A stretch of 64,000 bases of DNA from a virus. The notes under the pieces are model-generated. The model was not told where the DNA came from. It searched no databases and saw nothing but the letters and a program-made list of their open reading frames with translations. Location of the stretch: positions 1 to 64,000 of the IMG/VR virus record IMGVR_UViG_3300021963_005763, one strand, 5' to 3'. The position numbers were made by a program, and so were the translations under genes. Within the stretch, counting starts at the first letter, position 1. The number at the start of each line of letters is the position of its first letter. Of the stretch, positions 48,693 to 56,941 are shown in pieces.

Positions 48693-49110
48693 CGGCTCGC
48701 ACAGGCTAACTTCATGTGCCCTAAACCTGGACCTAGTGTCGCAGGGACGGAATGCTCACCGCCGTAGTGAGAACTCAACCACTACCCATAAGGATGTAGA
48801 TCACTAATCGCCGTGATTTGGTTGTTTGAATAGGTTAAACCCAAGGCAAAAAAGACGCTCTTAATCGAGCACGTTTTACAAATGTGATAGCGTATATTTG
48901 TAAGACCGCCGTTGTAATGAAGACGGGGATGGAGGTACCGGACAACCGCCTCTGCTAAACACCCTAACGCTGTGTGACTATGCTACTCAGATGATGCATA
49001 ACTTCGCCCGCCCTGGGCGAAGTGTGACCACTTAATCTAGATGATACTAAAAGACAAAAATGCTTCGAGTCTCGTAGACGAAGAAGCGAACGAACGTAGT
49101 TCGTTACTAA
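48693..49110 (+). ncRNA. Candidate large structured non-coding RNA or ssDNA element, family unassigned
   Basis: ORF-free ~420 nt, about 47% GC (hand count over 48721-49080) in an AT-rich genome; more than 10 consecutive stems including a multiway junction; G-U pairs favour the + strand. Confidence 0.7.
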
Positions 49111-49133
49111 ATACCGGATACTGTCAATAAATC

Positions 49134-50417
49134 ATGAAATTATATCAAGCCCTCGGTCAAGAAACTATATTTGAAAGTATAGGTAGTAACGATCCCTATT
49201 TCCGTAAATGGCAAAAAGAAATACATCCTGTTCTATGTGAAGTTGCTCTACAACCCGATCAAATAAATCAATTATTCAAATCGATTGAGAAGGGCGGAGG
49301 GAGAAGTCTCATAGGCAAGGCCAAGGATGCTGCTGGAAAAATTAACAACATATGGTTTGATAAATTCGGTGGTATGTTACAAAATAGCACTCCTGTCCAA
49401 GCATTTGATCAAAAATATGAACAACTTAAATCAAGCATAGCTGCTAAGAATCATAAGGTAGCTGCTAGTTTAGCCAAGTATGGGGATTTCGCAAAAAACA
49501 ACCCTAAATTACAAAAATTTTTATTGGCAATCGCAGGCAGCGTGGCTGCTGCACTAGGAGTAGCGTTTGCAGGAGGGGTAGGTGCTGGAGCATTAGCAGT
49601 GGGCACAGGTGCAGGCATAGCAACAGGTATCATTAATATTGCTGACCGTTTATTACAAGGACAACGAGCCAGCACTGCTATTGGTAGAGGCGCTACTACA
49701 GGAGCCATTGCTGGACTAACTGCTGCGGCTGCTACAACAATTGCTGGATCGATAGCAGATAGTTTTAGAGCAGAATATGTTCAAGCCAGAGGTGCTAACA
49801 ATCTAATGAAAGGCACATTCGATCTCAATGGTCAATGGACCTTTGTCACAGGCAAAGCTGAAGATGTTCGTATGCTGAACAAACTAGTCGATGCTGGAGA
49901 TATGAACGGTTTTTATAACCTAGTGGCCAAGATGCGAACTCCGGAATATGTTCAAGGATTGAACGCTTCTATGGACATTATCAAACAGGCTGCTCAACAT
50001 TATCAAACAGCTAAGGATACACTGACAACATTGGCACAGGTAGCTGCTGCCGGAGCAGGCGGTGCTGTCAGTGCGGCTACAAGCGGTCAACCTACTACTG
50101 AATCAGTATCCCGTAGACAAATTACAGAATTATTTGGCATCACTGGTAATAAGATAGATGCTAGTAAATTAGAAAAAGCATGGACACAGGCTGGCTCTCC
50201 TACAGACAGTGAAGAAATTAGAAAAATTTTACAAAGTGCGGGCGTCGAATCTAGCATTATAGATCAAGCATTTCAAGATATAGGTGTTCAAAGTTCTGTT
50301 GGAAACACAGCAAATAAAACAGTTACTCAAACGGTAAATACGCAGGAAATAGTAGCAAGAATACGAAAACTTACTCCTGCTCAACAAAAAGAAATTTTAG
50401 CCTTGTTAGGACAATAA
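49134..50417 (+). CDS. Probable internal virion / ejected protein with glycine-zipper hydrophobic segments
   Basis: TAAATA at 49108-49113; FLLAIAGSVAAALGVAFAGGVGAGALAVGTGAGIATG and further G/A-rich stretches. Confidence 0.6.
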   Translation: MKLYQALGQETIFESIGSNDPYFRKWQKEIHPVLCEVALQPDQINQLFKSIEKGGGRSLIGKAKDAAGKINNIWFDKFGGMLQNSTPVQAFDQKYEQLKSSIAAKNHKVAASLAKYGDFAKNNPKLQKFLLAIAGSVAAALGVAFAGGVGAGALAVGTGAGIATGIINIADRLLQGQRASTAIGRGATTGAIAGLTAAAATTIAGSIADSFRAEYVQARGANNLMKGTFDLNGQWTFVTGKAEDVRMLNKLVDAGDMNGFYNLVAKMRTPEYVQGLNASMDIIKQAAQHYQTAKDTLTTLAQVAAAGAGGAVSAATSGQPTTESVSRRQITELFGITGNKIDASKLEKAWTQAGSPTDSEEIRKILQSAGVESSIIDQAFQDIGVQSSVGNTANKTVTQTVNTQEIVARIRKLTPAQQKEILALLGQ

Positions 50418-50418
50418 C

Positions 50419-51267
50419 ATGAGAATTAATGAAATTATAACTGAAGAACAACTGGATGAATTAAACCTAAAGGGTCTAGGAACAGGGTTAGGTAAAGTTA
50501 TCGGTGGAGCTGCTGGCGGTGTAGTTCAGGGTGCTAAAAATGTTTGGTCAGGAATGAAACAAGGCTATCAAGGCGCTCAACAGGCATTAGCCCCGGATAC
50601 AACTGGTACAACTGCTCCTGCAACAACTGCTTCTGGTGCTACTACATCTCCTAGTACCAGTGCAACACCTACTACGTCTACTGCTCCTAGTTCTAGCTCA
50701 GTCTCTCCGTCGACTGCTCAATCTACAACAACAGCTCCAGAACCGCAGGCAACTCTGGATGAATTAGATAGTATCAAGGCGTTGGTTCAAAAATTAAATC
50801 CTGAACAAAAGCAAGAAGTAGCAGCTGAATTACAAAAACCTGAAATACAACAACCGTCTGCACCTGCTCCCCAACAAGCACCTGCCGCTCCTACAGGAAC
50901 AAGTGTAGATATAGGTCAGGTTAAGCAGCAAAGTGCTCAACAAGCACAGGCAGCGCAGACAGATAAAGCTACAGCACAGCAACAGATCGCAGCTACACAA
51001 CAAGCAAATAGTCAAAAAGCCAAACAAGATGCTGCTATTAAGGCTGCTAAAGATGCTGCTATGGCTAAACCAGCTTTCCAGCAGACAGCATCAGACAAAC
51101 TGGCTATTCAAAAGGCACAGCAAATGGGTATTAGAGAAGCGGTAAGTGAGAGTAAACAACCTAAAAAGCCTGCACCAAAGCAGCCTGCTAAAAAGCCTAC
51201 TCCTGGAAAGAAGAAAAAAATTGTTGTTGCGGAATTTAATAGTAAATTTCTAGGAATACCTATCTAA
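50419..51267 (+). CDS. Low-complexity probable internal head protein
   Basis: N-terminus MRINEIITEEQLDE; T/S/P-rich, Q/A-rich and K/P-rich segments. Confidence 0.6.
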   Translation: MRINEIITEEQLDELNLKGLGTGLGKVIGGAAGGVVQGAKNVWSGMKQGYQGAQQALAPDTTGTTAPATTASGATTSPSTSATPTTSTAPSSSSVSPSTAQSTTTAPEPQATLDELDSIKALVQKLNPEQKQEVAAELQKPEIQQPSAPAPQQAPAAPTGTSVDIGQVKQQSAQQAQAAQTDKATAQQQIAATQQANSQKAKQDAAIKAAKDAAMAKPAFQQTASDKLAIQKAQQMGIREAVSESKQPKKPAPKQPAKKPTPGKKKKIVVAEFNSKFLGIPI

Positions 51268-51482
51268 AAGAACGGTAATCCAGATTCTTTAGTTGTCTTA
51301 AGATTATCTTCAATTAACTTAGCTATAATTTCTCGATCTTCGGGGGTTAACATATGACTTTGATCATATGTTAACCCACCTCGCATAAACCAACAGATTC
51401 TTAAAAGTTCTTGTTTTATGGCTTTTGTATCATTCTCATAGACTTTAACCATGTCGTCTATTCTGTCGGCGCTGAGATTCAA
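51264..51482 (-). CDS. gp51-like / tail assembly chaperone T-segment, probably expressed by -1 frameshift from the upstream ORF
   Basis: WFMRGGLTYDQSHMLTPEDREII motif; only a TTG start with no well-spaced SD; in the -1 frame of the upstream slippery site. Confidence 0.65.
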   Translation of the reverse strand: MNLSADRIDDMVKVYENDTKAIKQELLRICWFMRGGLTYDQSHMLTPEDREIIAKLIEDNLKTTKESGLPFF

Positions 51483-51487
51483 AAGCC

Positions 51488-52351
51488 TTATGCGAAAAAA
51501 TTTGATGGATCAAACGTCAACGGTATGGTGATCATATCTTCTGTTACACCTTGCTCTCTCATTTCGTCAGTTACAGGAATTTCTATAGGCCTTACTGCAT
51601 TTGATTGCTGAAGATTTTCTAGATGTTTTTGAATTCGGTTAAAGATTTCCTTGTCGGAATTCATTACAAATTCTCTAATATAGTCTTGGTCATCAACTGT
51701 ACCTTCACTAGTTTCAATTTTTATTATGCTTTCTGATATTACAGACATTGTAACATCTGTTAATTTGCTAAAACTATCTTTAAATATTTCAACTTTTTGT
51801 TCATCAGTTAATGTTTCATTGTTTACTGCCTGCATTATTTTTTGAGTTTCGAATGTTTTTACTGCAGTTTTAGTCATTTGCCTATAGTTTAATGGTCGTA
51901 CATAGACTGTCATCTCATCATTGATAGGGATAACAGGATCCCATCTAATGTTTGATAATAAATTATCCATAACTAGTCTAATATCTACCTGGTAATCAAA
52001 TTCGAAACCTTCCTTTAAACTAACAGGAGTTTTCATTAATTCACCATAGGTAGCTAGACGAATTGAAAGTAGCAGAATATCTAGGTCTATACTAGGTATC
52101 ATCCAGGCATTTTTGATTTGAGGAACACAGTTTTGAATGATATCAACTACTGCTTGTCCATTCATTAGGGCGTCCGGCACATTTAACATTAGTTCGTCTT
52201 TGGCAGTCATGCTATATACAGCCAATTGACCATTATCAGGCATGTCAATACTGTCCTCGGGATAATATGCTCCACCGCTAGGCAGTGAAATGTATATCTT
52301 AGGCTGTCTCATAAATGCCGCTAATGGGTTAGGACCACGGTTTTGAACCAT
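51488..52351 (-). CDS. gp26: Baseplate hub assembly chaperone, gp26-like
   Basis: RQPKIYISLPSGG..Y, VYSMTAKDE, IDLDILLLSIRLATYGE, YVRPLNY, C-terminal FDPSNFF; GGAG RBS before ATG 52351. Confidence 0.78.
   Translation of the reverse strand: MVQNRGPNPLAAFMRQPKIYISLPSGGAYYPEDSIDMPDNGQLAVYSMTAKDELMLNVPDALMNGQAVVDIIQNCVPQIKNAWMIPSIDLDILLLSIRLATYGELMKTPVSLKEGFEFDYQVDIRLVMDNLLSNIRWDPVIPINDEMTVYVRPLNYRQMTKTAVKTFETQKIMQAVNNETLTDEQKVEIFKDSFSKLTDVTMSVISESIIKIETSEGTVDDQDYIREFVMNSDKEIFNRIQKHLENLQQSNAVRPIEIPVTDEMREQGVTEDMITIPLTFDPSNFFA
51494..51503 (-). other. Candidate programmed -1 ribosomal frameshift site (A AAT TTT / T TTT TTC)
   Basis: Minus strand reads TCA AAT TTT TTC GCA TAA; the -1 frame reads TTT TTT CGC ATA AGG CTT TTG AAT CTC... 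into ORF 51264..51482. Confidence 0.72.
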
Positions 52352-52423
52352 TTTCAATCTCCGATAAATAAACTGATATTAATATGACTCGTATTTATCT
52401 ACTACTATAACACCTAATTTACA

Positions 52424-54823
52424 ATGGCAGACGTAACCGGTAATATTGGCAACGAAAATGTAACGCTGAATAATGCGGCTACTGAGGCTACGTTACGACT
52501 GTTACTACAAGCTACACTGGCAGCAAACAAGCAGAGTCTCAGTGCTGTACAACAGTTAGCTCAATCGAGTGGTTTAAATCCTCAGGTAGTTCAGGCAGCT
52601 AGTCAAGGTCTTACTCAGACAGGTGCTGCGACTAAAAATACTACAGGAGCTTTAACAGGTTTAGGTACTACAATCGGTGTAGCACGTGCATTATTTGAAC
52701 AATTTGACGGTGTCCTAAGAAAGGCAATTGATGGAACACTACAGACTAGTGATGTATTTGCCAGTCTTAAAAGTCTACCTGGACCTATTGGTTTAGTAGC
52801 AGCAGGTTTTCAAAGGATAGCAGAATTTCAAGAAAATAATATGAAGACTTTTCAGCAGATCAGCTCCGTAGGTGCTAATTTTGCTGGAAGCTTGACAGGC
52901 ATGCGCATGGCAGCAGCAGGCACACAGATGACCTTAGAACAATTTGGAGCTATGGTTACAAAAAATGCTGATACCCTAAGCATGTTAGGTGGTGGTGTAG
53001 AGAATGGTACTAGAGCATTTGCACAATTGAGCAAGCAACTCTTAACCGGAGATACCGGCAAACAGTTAATGGCTATGGGCTATACAGCCAACGATGTAAA
53101 TCAAGGACTATTAAATTATATACAAGTAACAGGTGGTCTTACTAGTGCGGAATTAAAAAATGCCGCAGTAACGAAACAGGTTACTGAGGCGGCGGGTGAA
53201 TATCTGGGACATCTCGATGGATTGGCAAGATTAACAGGCAAAAGCAGACAAGCTCAGGAAGAAGAGCTTGCTGCCGCCCAAAAGAACGCAGCCTTTCAGG
53301 CTTACATGCAAACTTTAAGTAAAGAAGAACAACTTAAAGCACAAAAAGGTATGGCTAGTGCTATGGCTTTGGGTGGAAAAGGCGCAGTAGATGCTTTTCA
53401 AAGTAAATTGATGGGTATAGCACCGGATAAGGCAGGTGCTATGTTTATTGCTACTGCTGATAAGACTGCTAGGGTAGTAGATGATATGGCTGACATGGTA
53501 AAGGATGGTAATGCTAAATCTAGCGATATCAATAAAAAGACTGCAGAAGGTATGCGTGCAGCACAACAGGATTTTGCCAAATATGGTAGAGAAGGATTAT
53601 TTGCTATCATTAGACAAGGCGGTCCTGTTGCAGATGCTTTACAACAAATCGGTATTACTGCTAATAAAGCAGCTACAATGACTGATGAAGAAATAGAACA
53701 GGCTTTGAAGAAGGCAGAACTAGAAAAAAGTGAAGCAGGTGCTATGGCTGAGGCAAATTCTAATTTGAAAAAATTAGGAGAAGCTTTAATTGGTATTATA
53801 AGTCCTATTGTTTCCTTACTGACTCCTGCCTTGTCAATGTTTTCGGGCGCATTATCTTCTGTTGCAGAATTTATAAACGGTATGCCTGAACCTTTTAAAA
53901 AATTAATTGGTGTTGTAGGAATAGCTACTGCTGCACTAATGGCCTATGCTGCTATGCAGAAAAAGGCAGCAATGACTCAGGCTGCAGGTAGTATATTACC
54001 TAGTGGAGGTGGTGCACCTGGTGGAGGTGGTGCACCTGGTGGAGGTGGCAGTGTGTTAGGCAGTCTATTACAGAATATAGGACCAGCAGCTAAAGCTTTA
54101 CTCCAAGGATTTGCTGATGGTTTATTGGCATTTAAGAACCCCGCAGTGTTATTAGGTGCTGCTAATTTAGGCGGCAGCATAGCAATAATTATAACAACTA
54201 TAGGTGCAGGTATTGCCGCAGCCAGTTGGATTATGGGCAAAGCATTACCGAGTCTTTCAGAAGGTATTAATTCATTTACAAATATTGACGGGGATAAGTT
54301 AGTAACAACTGCCAAGGGAATAACAGCATTAGGTGGAGCTCTAGTGGCATTCAGTGCAACAAGTTCTATAGCTACAGTTGGCAATACATTTAATAATATA
54401 ATAGGCGGCATGGCTAAATTCTTTGGTGGTGAAGATATTGTAACAAAAATATCAAACATGGTTATGAGATTTAGTCCTATGGTACCTCAATTAACAGTTT
54501 TAGGTCCAGCTATTCAAGGATTTGGTTCAGGACTTCTAGATTTTAGCAAAGCAATTAATTCAATTGATTTAAGCAAAGGTGAACGGGTTAGAGAATTATT
54601 AGCAAGTTATGCCTCATCTGGTGCTTTAAAAGCTATTCCTGGAACAACCCCAGAAACAGTGCCTCCTGCTGCCGTCGGCACACAAGAAAGTTCAGCAGCG
54701 TCTGTAGAAGCCTTAAATAAAACAATGGCTGAATTGTTAAAATATACAAAAGAAATGGCCGAAAACACCAAGAGGACTATGGATGGTGTTAAGGCGCTGA
54801 ATCCTAATTTATTCGCAGGTTAA
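52424..54823 (+). CDS. Probable tape measure protein
   Basis: 799 aa, A/G/Q/L-rich and helical with hydrophobic stretches; divergent from the chaperone gene; TAAATA at ~52365. Confidence 0.65.
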   Translation: MADVTGNIGNENVTLNNAATEATLRLLLQATLAANKQSLSAVQQLAQSSGLNPQVVQAASQGLTQTGAATKNTTGALTGLGTTIGVARALFEQFDGVLRKAIDGTLQTSDVFASLKSLPGPIGLVAAGFQRIAEFQENNMKTFQQISSVGANFAGSLTGMRMAAAGTQMTLEQFGAMVTKNADTLSMLGGGVENGTRAFAQLSKQLLTGDTGKQLMAMGYTANDVNQGLLNYIQVTGGLTSAELKNAAVTKQVTEAAGEYLGHLDGLARLTGKSRQAQEEELAAAQKNAAFQAYMQTLSKEEQLKAQKGMASAMALGGKGAVDAFQSKLMGIAPDKAGAMFIATADKTARVVDDMADMVKDGNAKSSDINKKTAEGMRAAQQDFAKYGREGLFAIIRQGGPVADALQQIGITANKAATMTDEEIEQALKKAELEKSEAGAMAEANSNLKKLGEALIGIISPIVSLLTPALSMFSGALSSVAEFINGMPEPFKKLIGVVGIATAALMAYAAMQKKAAMTQAAGSILPSGGGAPGGGGAPGGGGSVLGSLLQNIGPAAKALLQGFADGLLAFKNPAVLLGAANLGGSIAIIITTIGAGIAAASWIMGKALPSLSEGINSFTNIDGDKLVTTAKGITALGGALVAFSATSSIATVGNTFNNIIGGMAKFFGGEDIVTKISNMVMRFSPMVPQLTVLGPAIQGFGSGLLDFSKAINSIDLSKGERVRELLASYASSGALKAIPGTTPETVPPAAVGTQESSAASVEALNKTMAELLKYTKEMAENTKRTMDGVKALNPNLFAG
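54003..54048 (+). repeat. 18-bp tandem repeat (about 2.5 copies) encoding GGGAPG
   Basis: GTGGAGGTGGTGCACCTG x2 followed by GTGGAGGTGG. Confidence 0.85.
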
Positions 54824-54834
54824 TTAAATATACT

Positions 54835-56559
54835 ATGTCTTGGAAAAAATACTTTACTCCTGTAAAACCCACAACTGGCCAACTTAGTGTGATAAGTGGT
54901 TCTGGAGTAGGGCATACTAATCCTGCGCATCGCAATTATTCAAGTTACTTACCTGATGTTTATTCAGGACATCCTAATCGTCTAGAACGGTATGGTCAAT
55001 ATGATACAATGGATAGTGACAGTGAGGTTAATGCTGCTTTAGATATTCTAGCCGAATTCTGTAGTCAGACGAATGATGAAAATGGTACACCCTTTAGAGT
55101 TTTCTTTAAAGAACAGGCAACAAATGCTGAAATAACCGTAATTAAAAAATATCTACAACAGTGGACTAAACTCAATAAATTTCAATTAAGAATATTCAAA
55201 CTCGTGCGTAATGCTTTCAAATATGGGGATGTATTTTTTGTACGAGATCCTGAGACACAAAGTTGGTTATTCGTAGATTCTGCCAAAGTTGACAAGATTG
55301 TTGTAAACGAAAGCGAAGGTAAAAAACCTGAACAATATCACATCAGAGATTTTAATCCAAACTTAGAAACTCTAGCAACTACGGCTATCAATCCCAGTAA
55401 TGTAACTGGAGGAGGAAGTCAATATGCTAGTAGCTTTGCGGGAAATGCAGGTGGTGCAGGTTATAGCCGAGGCATGACAGGCGCATTTCCGACAAATATA
55501 TCAGGCACTCGATTTGACAAGAATGAAAGACAATATGTTATAGATGCTAGGCATATTATACATATCTCAATGAGTGAAGGTTTAGATAATAATTATCCTT
55601 TTGGAACTAGTCTATTAGAAAGTATTTTCAAAGTTTACAAACAAAAAGAACTTTTAGAAGATGCTATTATTATCTATAGAATACAACGAGCACCAGAGCG
55701 ACGTGTTTTTTATATAGATGTAGGTAATATGCCAAGTCATATTGCTATGAGTTTTGTTGAACGAGTAAAAAACGAAGTAAATCAACGCCGTATACCTTCA
55801 GTAACTGGTGGAAGCCAAAGTGTTATAGATGCAGGATATAATCCTTTATCAATAAATGAGGATTATTTCTTCCCACAGACAGCAGAAGGTCGAGGATCTA
55901 AGGTAGAAGTATTGCCTGGTGGAACTAATCTGGGAGAAATAGATGACCTCAAATACTTTACCAATAAGTTATTCCGTGCTCTGCGCATACCTAGCAGCTA
56001 CTTACCTACAGGCCCAGATGATGGAGGGAGTAATTTTAATGATGGAAGAGTGGGAACAGCTTATATACAGGAACTTAGATTCAACAAGTACTGTGAACGA
56101 CTACAATCATTAATGAATGAACAATTTGATACTGAGTTCAAATTATATTTGCATAATAAAGGTATTAATATTGACAAAAATTTATTTGATCTAAAATTTA
56201 ATCCTCCTCAAAATTTTGCTGCTTATAGACAAGCTGAAATGGATACAGCTAGAATTAATACTTTTAATACTGTAGTAGCTATACCATTTGTTAGTAAGAG
56301 ATTTGCTATGAAACGGTTCTTAGGCATGACTGCTGAAGAAATAGCAGAAAATGAACGTATGTGGCGTGAAGAAAATATAGATGAGGGTGTAGAATTACCT
56401 GCTAGTGCTGAATTAAGAAGTATAGGAGTAAGCGCAGGCGGCATGAACAGTGACTTATCAAGTATATCAAGTGCAACTGTTCCTCCACCTTCATCACCTT
56501 CAAACCAAGAATCTGCAGATACCGCTGCTCCGGCTGGAGCTCCTACTCCTACAACATAA
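54835..56559 (+). CDS. gp20: Portal vertex protein, gp20-like
   Basis: MDSDSEVNAALD, LEDAIIIYRIQRAPERRVFYIDVGNMP, EDYFFP..EGRGSKVEVLPGG.NLGEIDDLKYF. Confidence 0.95.
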   Translation: MSWKKYFTPVKPTTGQLSVISGSGVGHTNPAHRNYSSYLPDVYSGHPNRLERYGQYDTMDSDSEVNAALDILAEFCSQTNDENGTPFRVFFKEQATNAEITVIKKYLQQWTKLNKFQLRIFKLVRNAFKYGDVFFVRDPETQSWLFVDSAKVDKIVVNESEGKKPEQYHIRDFNPNLETLATTAINPSNVTGGGSQYASSFAGNAGGAGYSRGMTGAFPTNISGTRFDKNERQYVIDARHIIHISMSEGLDNNYPFGTSLLESIFKVYKQKELLEDAIIIYRIQRAPERRVFYIDVGNMPSHIAMSFVERVKNEVNQRRIPSVTGGSQSVIDAGYNPLSINEDYFFPQTAEGRGSKVEVLPGGTNLGEIDDLKYFTNKLFRALRIPSSYLPTGPDDGGSNFNDGRVGTAYIQELRFNKYCERLQSLMNEQFDTEFKLYLHNKGINIDKNLFDLKFNPPQNFAAYRQAEMDTARINTFNTVVAIPFVSKRFAMKRFLGMTAEEIAENERMWREENIDEGVELPASAELRSIGVSAGGMNSDLSSISSATVPPPSSPSNQESADTAAPAGAPTPTT

Positions 56560-56567
56560 ATAGTTCT

Positions 56568-56810
56568 ATGTTTCTAAGAGAGTTCATATATTTTGATAAG
56601 AAAAATCCCGAGATGGTAGATGATTCGCGTTATCTATCCGACAATGACTCTTCTATTTTGAATCTAAATGATACTCGCAAAACACGACTAACTTTAAAAA
56701 TGTTAAGTGAACTTAGAAAAGCAGGTGAAGCTAGAGAAAAAGAGTATAAGGAAGAAATGGGATTAGTTAGAAAAATGTATGCTGCTCCCCCTCCTGAAGC
56801 CGCCGTGTAG
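56568..56810 (+). CDS. Small head-region hypothetical protein
   Basis: ORF track; TAAATA 5 nt before ATG. Confidence 0.75.
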   Translation: MFLREFIYFDKKNPEMVDDSRYLSDNDSSILNLNDTRKTRLTLKMLSELRKAGEAREKEYKEEMGLVRKMYAAPPPEAAV

Positions 56811-56941
56811 GAAAAAATTAATTTTTTTCTAACCATTAGAGGCCAAAATTCTTCATTTTAGGCCTATTTTCTACCGAGTTTTTAATCAATTTGTAAATAT
56901 CCTTACAGCCTTGCCGCTACCATTTAAGGAGAATACAAGTC

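Noticed and set aside
48689-48703. Minus strand reads GTGCGAGCCG, resembling a group II intron 5' end or domain V start
   Set aside because: No domain V/VI hairpin follows, there is no RT/maturase, and the flanking genes are intact.
48972-49045. CRISPR or TIGR array
   Set aside because: Only two units with short boxes, and no cas or Nop-domain gene in the window. Kept only as a motif finding.
56811-56866. A/T palindrome and AGGCC-AAAAT/ATTTT-AGGCC stem upstream of the core gene
   Set aside because: Low-complexity and imperfect; may be a weak terminator but not supportable further.
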